Assembly: GCA_030605615.1 (NCBI GenBank)
Contig: JAUWHZ010000024.1
Location: 1,680-65,679 of the forward strand
Direction of reading: 5' to 3'
DNA: 64,000 nt
From: Atribacterota bacterium
GTDB lineage: Bacteria; Atribacterota; Phoenicimicrobiia; Phoenicimicrobiales; Phoenicimicrobiaceae
The translations under genes and the position numbers were made by a program. The stretch's first letter is position 1. Each line of letters starts with the position of its first letter. The notes under the pieces are model-generated. The model was given only the letters and a program-made list of their open reading frames with translations. It did no database searches and was not told where the DNA came from. Shown here one piece after another: positions 20,524 to 30,610 of the stretch.

Positions 20524-21216
20524 TTAATTATTTTTAAAATATTCATTATTTATTCTTTCTCCGTTAACTATATACACTACTCTTTCTGCTAAATTTGTAG
20601 CATGGTCGGCAATCCGTTCAATATTATTAGAAACAAAAATCAAATGAATCGCCCTGCTAATGGTACGAGGATCTTCCATCATAAAAGTTAAGAGTTCTCG
20701 AAATATCTGTTTATCCAAATCATCAACCGTTCTGTCTCTTAACCATACTTCCTTGGCTAACTCTACATCTCCTTTAAAATAAGCATTTAGGCTATCTTTC
20801 AGCATATTTTGAGCAATCTCAGCCATGCGAGGGATATCTATTAAGGGTTTTACCATAGACTTGGTAGACAGATATTGGCTGGCTTTAGCTATATTTACGG
20901 CATGATCTGCTACTCTTTCTAAATCGGAAATGGTCTTCAATCCGCACCCAATGATTCTCAAATTTTTTGCAATAGGATGACGTAGTGCGATCATCTGCAA
21001 ACACTGTTCCTCTATGTCTAATTCAATCTGATCAATCTTATCATCATTTTCAATTACCTTTGCCGCTAAATCTAAATCCTGCTCAACTAAAGACTTTATA
21101 GACATATTAATTGCTTCTTCGACTAAATTTGCCATCTTTAACAGACTTTCCTTTAAATCTTTAAGTTCGTTATCAAAATATGCTTTTTTCTCTTTTATAT
21201 TCTCTTTTCTAATCAT
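20524..21216 (-). CDS. phoU: Phosphate signalling protein PhoU
   Basis: Duplicated ERVADHAVNI / ERIADHATNL motifs. Confidence 0.95.
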   Translation of the reverse strand: MIRKENIKEKKAYFDNELKDLKESLLKMANLVEEAINMSIKSLVEQDLDLAAKVIENDDKIDQIELDIEEQCLQMIALRHPIAKNLRIIGCGLKTISDLERVADHAVNIAKASQYLSTKSMVKPLIDIPRMAEIAQNMLKDSLNAYFKGDVELAKEVWLRDRTVDDLDKQIFRELLTFMMEDPRTISRAIHLIFVSNNIERIADHATNLAERVVYIVNGERINNEYFKNN

Positions 21217-21240
21217 AATTTATTTTATCCTTTGCATTAT

Positions 21241-21322
21241 AGTCGTATCTCGTATCTTGTATCTCGTAAGAGAAAAATTCCAGTTATTCAAACGAGATAC
21301 GATTCACGATTCACGAGATACT
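21241..21322. repeat. Inverted heptamer arms
   Basis: cgtatct cgtatct tgtatct cgt ... acgagat acgattc acgattc acgagat ac. Confidence 0.75.
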
Positions 21323-21595
21323 ATATTTAGCTTAAGCTTAATATAACAGAAATAATGCAACTTTTCAATGATTTCATTATTTAGGCTAAGATTTACAATT
21401 TAAAAATATTATAACCTATAAAATTGAATATTCTTAAATATTTATCAATAAAATTAGTTTTAAAAATAAAAAAATCATATATTTATCTCAATTTAAAAAT
21501 TAATTTATTGTATACTTCAAGATAATTCTATGATTTTTTTAAATTTACCAAATTATTTTTTGACGTTTTCGGTCTTTATATCAAAAAATAAGCCT

Positions 21596-22333
21596 TTATT
21601 TTCTCTTTTTAAGGGCAGCGCCTCCTAAGTAGGCCTCCTGCACTTTTTGATTGCTCTTTAAATCGGAAGCCAATCCGCTAATAGTAATATTCCCGGTTTC
21701 CAGCACATATCCTCTGTCAGCAATGCTTAGTGCTTTACGGGCATTCTGCTCTACCAATAATATAGATATCCCCTGATCGTTAATTTCACGAATAATTTGG
21801 AAAATTTGTTTTACTAAAAGAGGGGCTAACCCCAAAGAAGGTTCATCTAACAGCAAAATTCGGGGTGTACTCATTAAACCTCTTCCCATTGTTAACATTT
21901 GTTGTTCTCCTCCAGATAGCGTACCAGATAATTGACTACGTCGAGATTTAAGAATGGGGAATAAGCTAAAAACTCTCTCTTTAGCTTCACTTACAGCTTT
22001 AATATCCTTTCTTCGAATATAAGCACCTAAATTAAGATTTTCCTCAACGGTAAGAGTAGAAAAAACCTTTCGGCCCTCAGGGGCATGAGAAATTCCTTTG
22101 ATAACTATTTCATAAGCCTGAACATTATTAAGTCCTTCTCCTCTTAATTGAATAGTTCCACTATGAATAGGAAGCAAACCAGAAATTGCTCTCAAAAGAG
22201 TACTTTTACCAGCACCATTTGCCCCTAAAACAGTAACTATCTCGCCTTCATTAACTTCAAGTGAAATTCCTTTAAGTGCCTCAATCGAATCATAAAAAAT
22301 ATGTAAATCTTCAACTTTTAACAGGACTGTCAT
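21596..22333 (-). CDS. livF: HAAT-family ABC ATPase LivF
   Basis: GANGAGKST, LSGGEQQM, LLLDEPSLGLAP and VEQN motifs. Confidence 0.94.
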   Translation of the reverse strand: MTVLLKVEDLHIFYDSIEALKGISLEVNEGEIVTVLGANGAGKSTLLRAISGLLPIHSGTIQLRGEGLNNVQAYEIVIKGISHAPEGRKVFSTLTVEENLNLGAYIRRKDIKAVSEAKERVFSLFPILKSRRSQLSGTLSGGEQQMLTMGRGLMSTPRILLLDEPSLGLAPLLVKQIFQIIREINDQGISILLVEQNARKALSIADRGYVLETGNITISGLASDLKSNQKVQEAYLGGAALKKRK

Positions 22334-22337
22334 ATTA

Positions 22338-23189
22338 TTATAATTCCTCCCCTTCCTCTTTTCCTAAGTAGGCTTCGATCACCAGAGGATTATGATAAAT
22401 ATCTTCTGGAAGGCCTCCAGCTATCTTTTTTCCTTCATCCATTACTGTAACCCAATCAGAAATACCCATAACTACGTTCATATCATGTTCAATTAGTAAA
22501 ATAGTTAAATCTTCCTTTAACACAATTTTAAGAAATTTCATTAAATCTTCTGACTCTTTATCATTTAACCCACTGCTTGGTTCATCCAAAATAAGTAAAT
22601 CAGGATTAGAAGCTAAAGCTCGAGCAATTTCCAACATTCTTTGACTACCATAAGCAATATTTTTTGCTAATTCATCTCGAAATTTCCATAACCCTACTTG
22701 ATGTAAACGCCTTTCCGCTTCTTCCCGAATTCTATTTTCTTCTCCTTTCTGATAAGAAGATTTAAAAACAGAAGACCATACCCCAGCTGAACCACGGCAG
22801 TGCTGGCCAGACATTACATTTTCTAAACAGGTCATATTAGAAAAGAGACGTATATTTTGAAAAGTCCGAGCAATTCCTTTAGCTACAATTTGATGAGGTT
22901 TATTTCCGGCAAGGTCTTCTCCTTTAAAAATAACCCTACCACCATCAGGCTGATATATACCAGTAACCACATTGAAAACGGTGGTTTTCCCTGCTCCATT
23001 AGGACCTATTAGACTACTAATTTCTCCTTGATTTACTTTAAGATCAAAATTGTTAACCGCAATTAAACCACCAAATCTTTTAGTAAGTTCTTGAGTTTCT
23101 AAAGCTTCTTTTTTATCACTATTAATATTTTCGTTTATTTTATTAGTGTCAACTGACATTTCCATATTCACACTATTATCTTTAAACAT
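22338..23189 (-). CDS. livG: HAAT-family ABC ATPase LivG
   Basis: GPNGAGKTT, ARTFQNIRLF, IEHDM and EAYLG motifs. Confidence 0.94.
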   Translation of the reverse strand: MFKDNSVNMEMSVDTNKINENINSDKKEALETQELTKRFGGLIAVNNFDLKVNQGEISSLIGPNGAGKTTVFNVVTGIYQPDGGRVIFKGEDLAGNKPHQIVAKGIARTFQNIRLFSNMTCLENVMSGQHCRGSAGVWSSVFKSSYQKGEENRIREEAERRLHQVGLWKFRDELAKNIAYGSQRMLEIARALASNPDLLILDEPSSGLNDKESEDLMKFLKIVLKEDLTILLIEHDMNVVMGISDWVTVMDEGKKIAGGLPEDIYHNPLVIEAYLGKEEGEEL

Positions 23190-24165
23190 TGTCTCTTCCT
23201 GCTTTCAATAAAAGTGACTTAAACTCAACTGCCCCTCTTTTTCTAGGCCAGATACCTCCTGGTCTAAAAACCATCATAATTACCATTGCTGCTCCAAATA
23301 TTAACATCCGGTACTGGGCGAAAGTACGAAATACTTCAGGAAAAAGACTAATGGCTGCAGCACCTATTAATACCCCAGGGATAGAGCCCATTCCTCCAAT
23401 AAGTACAATACAGAAGAGCATACAAGATTCCATAAAAGTAAAACTCTCTGGAGAAACTATCATTAATTTACTAGCATATATATTACCAGCTACTCCAGCT
23501 AAACCCGCACCCAAAATAAAAGCTAATAACTTATAGTACCTAACATCAATTCCGGTCGATTCAGCAGCTATTTCATCTTCTCGAATACAATTCCAGGCTC
23601 TACCTATACGCGAGCGCTGTAAGTTTATAAGGGCAAGAATAGTGAGACCTACTACTATCCAGATTAGAAAGTAGAATTCAGTTGAATTATCAATCATAAA
23701 AATATTCCCTAGAGAGGGAAAATCTATTCCAAATACCCCATTTGGCCCTCCAGTAATACCAAAGGGATTATTAATAAGGGTTAATCTGACAATTTCTCCC
23801 ATTCCAATAGTAACAATACAAAGATAATCTCCTCGTAAGTGGATGATTGGGGAACATACTAACCAAGCGAAACCAGCTGCTGCCAGGGCACTAACTGGTA
23901 ATAAGATAATTATGGGAATACCAAATTTTGTATTAAGAATTGCTGTAGTATAAGCACCAATAGCCATAAAAGCCACATGCCCCAAATCAAAGAGACCCAC
24001 TTCTCCTAAAACAATATTCAAACTAAGACCCAGGAGTGCATAAATTCCGAAGAAAAAGAAGACATCAATCCAATAATTATTCATCATAAAGGGGGCCACA
24101 GATAATAATACTATCGCTATAAGAATAAGCCAATTTTTAAAAATAATATTTTTGTCTAATTTCAT
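23182..24165 (-). CDS. livM: HAAT-family ABC permease LivM
   Basis: LRGDYL, TGGPNG, IREDEIAA and GGMGS motifs. Confidence 0.93.
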   Translation of the reverse strand: MKLDKNIIFKNWLILIAIVLLSVAPFMMNNYWIDVFFFFGIYALLGLSLNIVLGEVGLFDLGHVAFMAIGAYTTAILNTKFGIPIIILLPVSALAAAGFAWLVCSPIIHLRGDYLCIVTIGMGEIVRLTLINNPFGITGGPNGVFGIDFPSLGNIFMIDNSTEFYFLIWIVVGLTILALINLQRSRIGRAWNCIREDEIAAESTGIDVRYYKLLAFILGAGLAGVAGNIYASKLMIVSPESFTFMESCMLFCIVLIGGMGSIPGVLIGAAAISLFPEVFRTFAQYRMLIFGAAMVIMMVFRPGGIWPRKRGAVEFKSLLLKAGRDNV

Positions 24166-24178
24166 TTATCTTACCCCT

Positions 24179-25090
24179 CTATACTTTCTCTGCGACTTTT
24201 TCACCCAGAAGACCTCTGGGACGAAAGATTAAGACTAATATTAAAATTAAAAATACAAAGACATCCTTATAGGCCGTAGAAATATAAGCAGATCCTAACA
24301 TTTCAAAAATTCCTAAAAGAAGACCTCCTACCATTGCTCCTGGAATATTACCAATACCTCCTAAAATAGTTGCAGTAAAAGCCTTTAATCCATAGTTCCA
24401 GCCCATAGTAAAACTGATTTGACGATAATACATCCCCACCATTACTCCAGCTGTTCCGCCTAAAGCAGGTCCTAAAGCAAAAATAAAAAATATTACAGTA
24501 TTTATATTTATCCCCATTAAAGCAGCAGTATCTCTATCCAAAGCTGAAGCTCTAATAGCCGCTCCAAAAGTTGTCTTCTGAATTATATAATATAAGAGAG
24601 CTAATAATATAAAAGATAGAATTAAAATAATTATCTGAAGAAGGGTAATATGAATTCCACCTATTTCAAAACGTACAGTAGGCACAACATTTACAGGATA
24701 GGCTTGATAACGGGGTCCCCAGGCCACCATAATAGCATTCTGTAAAAAAATTGAAACGCCCAGAGCAGAAACAACTGCTGGAAGCCTGCCTGCTGGATAA
24801 ATCGGACGATAAGCTATCCGTTCAACTATTATACCAGCCATGCCTATGCCGATTGCGGCTATTAACATAGCCGCAATCATACCACCTGCTAAACCTACAT
24901 GAGAGGTTACATAGGCACTTCCCCATACGAGGAGGCTAAATCCAAGGTAAGAACCTAAGGCAAATAAATCTCCATGAGCAAAATTAATCAATTTCATTAC
25001 TCCATATACCATAGAATACCCTAAGGCAATAAGAGCATAAAATGACCCGATAGTTAGTCCATTTATCATTTGCTCTAAAAAAATTCTCAT
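24179..25090 (-). CDS. livH: HAAT-family ABC permease LivH
   Basis: INFAHGD, ILGGIGNIPGA and RPRGLLG motifs. Confidence 0.93.
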   Translation of the reverse strand: MRIFLEQMINGLTIGSFYALIALGYSMVYGVMKLINFAHGDLFALGSYLGFSLLVWGSAYVTSHVGLAGGMIAAMLIAAIGIGMAGIIVERIAYRPIYPAGRLPAVVSALGVSIFLQNAIMVAWGPRYQAYPVNVVPTVRFEIGGIHITLLQIIILILSFILLALLYYIIQKTTFGAAIRASALDRDTAALMGININTVIFFIFALGPALGGTAGVMVGMYYRQISFTMGWNYGLKAFTATILGGIGNIPGAMVGGLLLGIFEMLGSAYISTAYKDVFVFLILILVLIFRPRGLLGEKVAEKV

Positions 25091-25108
25091 CTTTTATTCC
25101 TTACCTTT

Positions 25109-26275
25109 TTATTTATTATAAATATCAAAGGTTCCTTCTTCACTTACTACATACATCAAATATGGCACACCTTCTCTATCTCCCTTTTCAGTAAAACCGA
25201 TTGATCCAGTAACACCTGGAACAGCATTAACTTCATTTCTAAGATATTCAGCTAAAACATCGGAATCAGTAGAACCGGTCTTATCAATAGCATATGCAAT
25301 TATATTTAAAGCATCAGCGGCATATACTGGCCAAGGACTGGAAGGAATCTCTCCATATTTAGCTTTATAGGCATCTAAAAATGTCTTAGACTCTGGGTAA
25401 GGAAGTTCTGCAGGCATGGGTTCCTGAGTCATAAAACATCCTTTTGCCTTTTCTATACCAGCAATTTTGACAAATTCATCATTAATGGCAGCATTTCCAC
25501 CTACAAATGGACATTCAATTCCTATATCCCGCGCTTGAGAAACTATCAATGCTGCTTCAGGATAATAACCGGTAAAGTAGAATACATCTGGATTGGTCTC
25601 ACGTAATTTAGTTAGAGGAACAGAAAAATCCTTCTCACCTGGAGTAATAGCATCATAATAGACTATCTCTACTTCCCCAGCATCAATCTTTGGTTGTAAC
25701 GCCTTCTTGGTTTCTTCAGCCACTCCCAAGGCGAAAGTAGTATTATCGTGCATAATAGCTATCCGTTTTGCTCCAAAAACTCGAGGAACATAGTCTGCAA
25801 AGAAGATCCCTTGAGCACTATCAATACCGCAGGTACGGAAAAAATATTTCAATCCCCTTTCTGTTAAACGAACAGCAGTTGCACCATAAGCAATATTAAC
25901 TTTTTTGAATTTTTCGTAAAGATTAGAAGCAGGTTCACAGACAGAAGAACCATAAGTTGAAACAGAAGCTACTACATCCTTCTGGGAAATTAATTTCATT
26001 GCTGCTAAGGCCCCTGCTTTAGGTTCACAAGCATCGTCAGCAATTCTAATCTCAATCATTCTTCCTCCTAAAATACCACCTTTTTCATTAATTAACTGAG
26101 CAGCTATTTCACAAGATTGCTTAGCCATTTCTCCTTCATAAGCCCAAGCTCCAGTTATTGGACCTTGAAGACCAATAACTACTGGTGGTTTATCGGCAGC
26201 CATTACTCCCAAAGAAGATATACCAAGAGCTAACACCAATAAACTAATAACTAACAAATACTTAATACTTTTCAC
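25109..26275 (-). CDS. LivK/LivJ-type amino-acid binding protein
   Basis: Signal peptide; GPITG, INEKGGILGG and DDACEP motifs; first gene of the liv operon. Confidence 0.9.
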   Translation of the reverse strand: MKSIKYLLVISLLVLALGISSLGVMAADKPPVVIGLQGPITGAWAYEGEMAKQSCEIAAQLINEKGGILGGRMIEIRIADDACEPKAGALAAMKLISQKDVVASVSTYGSSVCEPASNLYEKFKKVNIAYGATAVRLTERGLKYFFRTCGIDSAQGIFFADYVPRVFGAKRIAIMHDNTTFALGVAEETKKALQPKIDAGEVEIVYYDAITPGEKDFSVPLTKLRETNPDVFYFTGYYPEAALIVSQARDIGIECPFVGGNAAINDEFVKIAGIEKAKGCFMTQEPMPAELPYPESKTFLDAYKAKYGEIPSSPWPVYAADALNIIAYAIDKTGSTDSDVLAEYLRNEVNAVPGVTGSIGFTEKGDREGVPYLMYVVSEEGTFDIYNK

Positions 26276-26551
26276 TTTTAATCCTCCTTTAATTATTTAA
26301 ACAAATTAGAAAACAACTCAATCTTAAAAATCAAGCAAAACATTCTATACTTAATTTCTTTATAGAATAAATTTAAAAGATTACCTCACCTCCTTATTTT
26401 TCTGTAGAATAGCCTTTTACAAAATCATAATATTTTATTAAACGAGCCTCTGTAAACTCACCTGTTTTAATTGGTGATTTTTTATAATTTTGTGTAAAGC
26501 TTTCTCTTGAGAATAATATTTGTAAAAATATCTTTGCTATATTAATTTATA

Positions 26552-26578
26552 CTTCTACAAAAACTTAAAAAATCCTTC
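26552..26578 (-). promoter_or_regulatory. SigH-like promoter of the liv operon
   Basis: GAAGGA-17 nt-GAAG; similar motifs upstream of murC and ndk. Confidence 0.45.
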
Positions 26579-26625
26579 TTTTTGTAATCAAAAATTATAA
26601 AATTAATTTACTTTATATTATCACT

Positions 26626-27780
26626 TTATAATACTGAAGGTTCAAGAATTAATTCCCCACGTTTGAATCTTCCTATATCCAATTTATCTTCTATAGAGAG
26701 AGAAGTCCTCCCTGTTAATATTAATTCGGATATTAGTTTACTGGCTACAGGAGCCAACATAAATCCGTGTCCGCTAAATCCTATCGCCATATAAAAACCT
26801 CCAACTTGAGGGTGTTCACCTAAAATGGGTTGGGCATCAGGACTCACATTATACAATCCAGCCCATTGTCTTAACATACTCACTTCTTTTAATAGAGGTA
26901 CAACTTTTGTCATTTTTTGAGCCATCTCTCGAGCGAATTGCCAGCTCGACTCTATATCATCACCTTTGGGTTCGTTCGGATCACCAAAACCCATTATTAT
27001 GCTCCCGTGAGGAGTCTGCTGACAATAAAAATTCCGAGAAAAAGACATTAACATTGGCTTAAATAAAGGATCGATAGGTTCAGTAATTAAAATTTGATGT
27101 CTCTGTGAATAGACTGGTAGATCTACCCCCACCATTTTTCCAATTACTCCTGAATATCCCCCTGCTGCATTTATTACAGTAGGAGTTAATAGTTTTCCTT
27201 TATCTGTATTAACTGCAACTATCTTATTATTTTCTGTTCCAATCTCATTTACCTCTGTAAAAGTGTATATCTTTACCCCTAACCTTTGAGCAGCTTCGGC
27301 ATAAGCAAAATTTGTTTTAAAAGGATCGGCATGGCCATCAGTAGGACAAAATGTAGCAGCTAATATACCTTCTGTATTTAAAGGAGGGACAATATCTTTT
27401 GCCTCTTCTACATTTATGAATCTGGCGTTAATATCTAAAGATTGCTGTAAGGCAACATTTTTCTTAAATTGGTTAACTTCTTTTTCTGTATAAGCAAGGA
27501 TTAGATATCCACCTTGATTCAGTTCGATATCATATTCCAGTTCTTGACTTAAATTCTCAAAAATTTTAATACTCTCTCGAGCCAGGATACAATTCGTCTT
27601 AGTACCAAATTGTTGTCTAATCCCAGCTCCACATCTTCCTGTAGCACCACTGGATAGAGAATTTTTTTCAAATAATACTACATTTTTACATCCCATTTTT
27701 GCTAAGTTATAAGCAATACTGCAGCCAATTATTCCCCCACCAATTATAACTATATCAGCTCTTTTAATCATCATCATCAC
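26626..27780 (-). CDS. DAO-family FAD oxidoreductase (proline dehydrogenase/sarcosine oxidase beta-like)
   Basis: IIGGGIIG, GATGRCGAGIR, QWAGLY..SPDAQP and GFSGHGFM motifs. Confidence 0.88.
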   Translation of the reverse strand: MMMMIKRADIVIIGGGIIGCSIAYNLAKMGCKNVVLFEKNSLSSGATGRCGAGIRQQFGTKTNCILARESIKIFENLSQELEYDIELNQGGYLILAYTEKEVNQFKKNVALQQSLDINARFINVEEAKDIVPPLNTEGILAATFCPTDGHADPFKTNFAYAEAAQRLGVKIYTFTEVNEIGTENNKIVAVNTDKGKLLTPTVINAAGGYSGVIGKMVGVDLPVYSQRHQILITEPIDPLFKPMLMSFSRNFYCQQTPHGSIIMGFGDPNEPKGDDIESSWQFAREMAQKMTKVVPLLKEVSMLRQWAGLYNVSPDAQPILGEHPQVGGFYMAIGFSGHGFMLAPVASKLISELILTGRTSLSIEDKLDIGRFKRGELILEPSVL

Positions 27781-28036
27781 CCGCTAAAGTTCCTAATTTC
27801 ACTGGTTTAGTGGGAGGTCTAAAGGTAGATATAGACACTTCTTCTATCTTCTTATGGCAAAATTTGGCGATTTCCCCAAGTATAATCTTTTGGCAAGTCT
27901 TACCCTGACATCTTCCCATCCCAGCTCTTGTAACCCTTTTAATTTCATCGAGAGTAGTATATCCCTTCTCTAAGGCTTGCCTTATTTCTCCCCAGGTAAC
28001 ATCTTCACATCGGCAAATTATGGTTTCATCTTTCAT
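27764..28036 (-). CDS. BFD-like [2Fe-2S] subunit
   Basis: ICRCEDV...GMGRCQGKTC and RPP motifs. Confidence 0.88.
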   Translation of the reverse strand: MKDETIICRCEDVTWGEIRQALEKGYTTLDEIKRVTRAGMGRCQGKTCQKIILGEIAKFCHKKIEEVSISTFRPPTKPVKLGTLAGDDDD

Positions 28037-28530
28037 TACTTTCTGCCCTCCACTTTTATACTTCTTACTTTCATAGCCGTACTTTTGGGAACTTCAAGGG
28101 AAATTATGTTAGTCTTATTTTTAATCTTTAGGACTCTTACTACTTTCGCTTTACCGAGTATGCTGCCATCTCTATCTAATGCATAAACATCCTCTCCCTT
28201 TTCCGGTAGAGGCAACATTTCATGGGGTAGTTTGATTAAAGATTTTTCATCTGAATAATTCTCGTCTATTACGAATATGGCCAGACCGGGGCAGGAACTT
28301 ATACAGGTTCCACAGCCGGTACACTTATCAAAATCAACTATGGGTAAGTCATTTATGTCTTTAAAGGGCTTTATTGCCCCAAGCTTGCAGGATATGGCAC
28401 AAGGGTCACAGGGTATCTTCTGAAAACACTCTATGATGACTACCGGACCCTGGGCTAATCTTTTTTCATCAGGAATTACTTTTTCTAAATCATCATCGGT
28501 CGGTATGCCAGTTCTTTTTAACATTATCAA
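28036..28530 (-). CDS. 4Fe-4S ferredoxin subunit of the dehydrogenase complex
   Basis: ECFQKIPCDPCAISC and CTGCGTCISSCP motifs. Confidence 0.88.
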   Translation of the reverse strand: MIMLKRTGIPTDDDLEKVIPDEKRLAQGPVVIIECFQKIPCDPCAISCKLGAIKPFKDINDLPIVDFDKCTGCGTCISSCPGLAIFVIDENYSDEKSLIKLPHEMLPLPEKGEDVYALDRDGSILGKAKVVRVLKIKNKTNIISLEVPKSTAMKVRSIKVEGRK

Positions 28531-29627
28531 TCCCTGCCCTTCTTTATCAAAGCTTTTTCTATACCTATCTTTATTTCTTCACTTAAAGGGTTGTCTCGTA
28601 GTTCTTTTAATTCTGCTTTTAATTTTTTATCTTGCTCTTTGTAATTATCACATTTACACCCTAAACTCACCGCTGCATTTAAACCGGCAATTTGACCTTC
28701 CAACATCGCACTACTGGCTTCTTCGATACCGGCTACATCTCCGGCAATATAAATTTTATCTTTAGTTGATTTCATATTATCATCTCTTAAGGCAACATAA
28801 CCGCCGAGCTCAGGAATATATTTCATCTGACAATCCGCCTGCCAAAGCAGATCAGAGAGTGGAGATAATCCTACAGCCAGACAGATGGTATCAACCTCAA
28901 GTTCTTTTTCTGTCCCTGGAATAAATTCAAACTCCTTATTTAACTCACCAATTGTAGCCTTCTCTACACAATCATTACCATAAACTTCTTTTAAAGAATG
29001 GGAAGTATATATTGGAACTCCTAAGCGTCTAATCTTTGCTGCATGTACTAAATAGCCACCTATTTTGGGGAGAGCTTCCACAATTGCCTCTACCTGAATA
29101 CCAGCTTGCATGAGTTGATAGCTAACAATTAAACCGATATTGCCTGCTCCTACCATTAAAACATTATTACCTGGGACTACTCCATAAAGATTCATTAAGG
29201 TTTGCACTGCTCCAGCTCCATAGACTCCGGGTAAATCATTATTTACAAAAGGTAGCATATTTTCTGAGGCGCCAGTAGCTACAATAATTCTATCAGCCTT
29301 TAATTTTTTCAATATATCGCCATTAACTCCCTGGACAATGGTTAGAACACCATCTTCATAATATCCAGTTACGGTTGCATTAGTAATTGACTCAATATTC
29401 TTATATTTTATACTGCCTTGTATTAATTTTTGGGCAATCTCTATTCCTCTAATCCCAGCAAATTGTTTCTCTGAACCAAAAAATTGATGAGTTTGCTTTA
29501 TTAATTGACCACCTAATTCCAAACCATCATCGATAAGGGTTACTTTTGCACCTAAAGAGGCAGCATAAATTGCCGCAGATAATCCTGCTGGACCTCCTCC
29601 AACAATTGCTATATCAGCTATTTTCAA
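28527..29627 (-). CDS. FAD/NAD(P)-binding oxidoreductase (proline dehydrogenase alpha-like)
   Basis: GGGPAG, ATGA, GAGNIG and AGDVAGIE motifs. Confidence 0.88.
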   Translation of the reverse strand: MKIADIAIVGGGPAGLSAAIYAASLGAKVTLIDDGLELGGQLIKQTHQFFGSEKQFAGIRGIEIAQKLIQGSIKYKNIESITNATVTGYYEDGVLTIVQGVNGDILKKLKADRIIVATGASENMLPFVNNDLPGVYGAGAVQTLMNLYGVVPGNNVLMVGAGNIGLIVSYQLMQAGIQVEAIVEALPKIGGYLVHAAKIRRLGVPIYTSHSLKEVYGNDCVEKATIGELNKEFEFIPGTEKELEVDTICLAVGLSPLSDLLWQADCQMKYIPELGGYVALRDDNMKSTKDKIYIAGDVAGIEEASSAMLEGQIAGLNAAVSLGCKCDNYKEQDKKLKAELKELRDNPLSEEIKIGIEKALIKKGRD

Positions 29628-29941
29628 TTGAAATCACCTTTTCCTTTTTGGGTTTCAATCTTCATTCCCTCTTCTAATTTAGTTATACAAGTCCTTATAT
29701 TAGGAATACCATTTACCTTCATCAAACAAGATGAACATTTACCTATAGCACAAAAAAATCCCCTTGACCGATGATACTTAATGCTTCTGCTTAATACTTT
29801 TACCCCAGCAGCAACTATGGCAGCAGCAATAGGTTCTCCTTCATAGCCTTCAAACTCTTTTCCATCTAAGATAAATTTAATTTTTTTACCTGGATAAAAT
29901 TCCAGAATAGGATGTTCTTTTATCCGCATACTTTCCTCCAT
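29624..29941 (-). CDS. 2Fe-2S subunit (sarcosine oxidase alpha N-terminal-like)
   Basis: GEPIAAA and RGFFCAIGKCSSC...RTC motifs. Confidence 0.88.
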   Translation of the reverse strand: MEESMRIKEHPILEFYPGKKIKFILDGKEFEGYEGEPIAAAIVAAGVKVLSRSIKYHRSRGFFCAIGKCSSCLMKVNGIPNIRTCITKLEEGMKIETQKGKGDFN

Positions 29942-30014
29942 TTCAAATCTTTAACTTTAATTAAATTCTCATTAAAAAATATTTATATTATCTATAAATT
30001 TAAGATTACCCTTT

Positions 30015-30482
30015 TTAATTTAACATAAAGATGGCAGCCATACGGCCAGTATTTCCCTTATCTCTTCGGTAGGAAAAGAAAAGTTCAGGATGATCTGCTG
30101 TACAAATTTCATTAACAAAAATATTCTTTTCCTCTACTCCTCCTTTAATCAATTGCAGATAATTTGCTTCCTTTAAATCAAGGCACCATTCATCCTTATT
30201 CTGTTTATAAATTACTTTACTGTTACTGCTAAGTTTATTTTTGCTTGAACAATTATTAACTTCGTCTTGATTTTTAATTTTGTAGCAACAGGAACCGATG
30301 GAAGGGAAAATGGCAGCTAAGCAGGAGTGGGGATAAGATACATTGAGGCTATCAAAGGGGGATCTGCTTACTCCGCCTGATCGAGTGGTAAAAGCATTTA
30401 CTGCTAAGTTGGTATTATCTAATTCTCTACATTTTAAATATTTTATTTGTCCAAGTTCTTTTAATTCAAAATCTTGGTTCAA
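30015..30482 (-). pseudogene. pgeF: PgeF/YfiH (YlmD) homologue with an in-frame central deletion
   Basis: N-terminal FTTRSGGVS..PFDSLN joins directly to PSIGSCCY...FFSYRR...TGRM; the QVH, ADC and HAGWRG segments are absent. Confidence 0.8.
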
Positions 30483-30529
30483 ACTATTTCTTCTTTTTGG
30501 TAATATTTTTTAATACTTATATAGTCCTA

Positions 30530-30555
30530 CGGGCAGACACAAGGTCTGCCCCTAC
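30530..30555 (-). repeat. GTAG REP
   Basis: cgggcagacacaaggtctgcccctac. Confidence 0.75.
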
Positions 30556-30610
30556 TACTTTTATTATTCACTAACGATTATTTAATTGGGTAATTGGTAA
30601 ATTGCTAAAA

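Noticed and set aside
21391..21408. 18-bp atttacaatttaaaaata shared with 62893-62910
   Set aside because: Nearly pure A/T and non-palindromic; cannot be distinguished from chance here.
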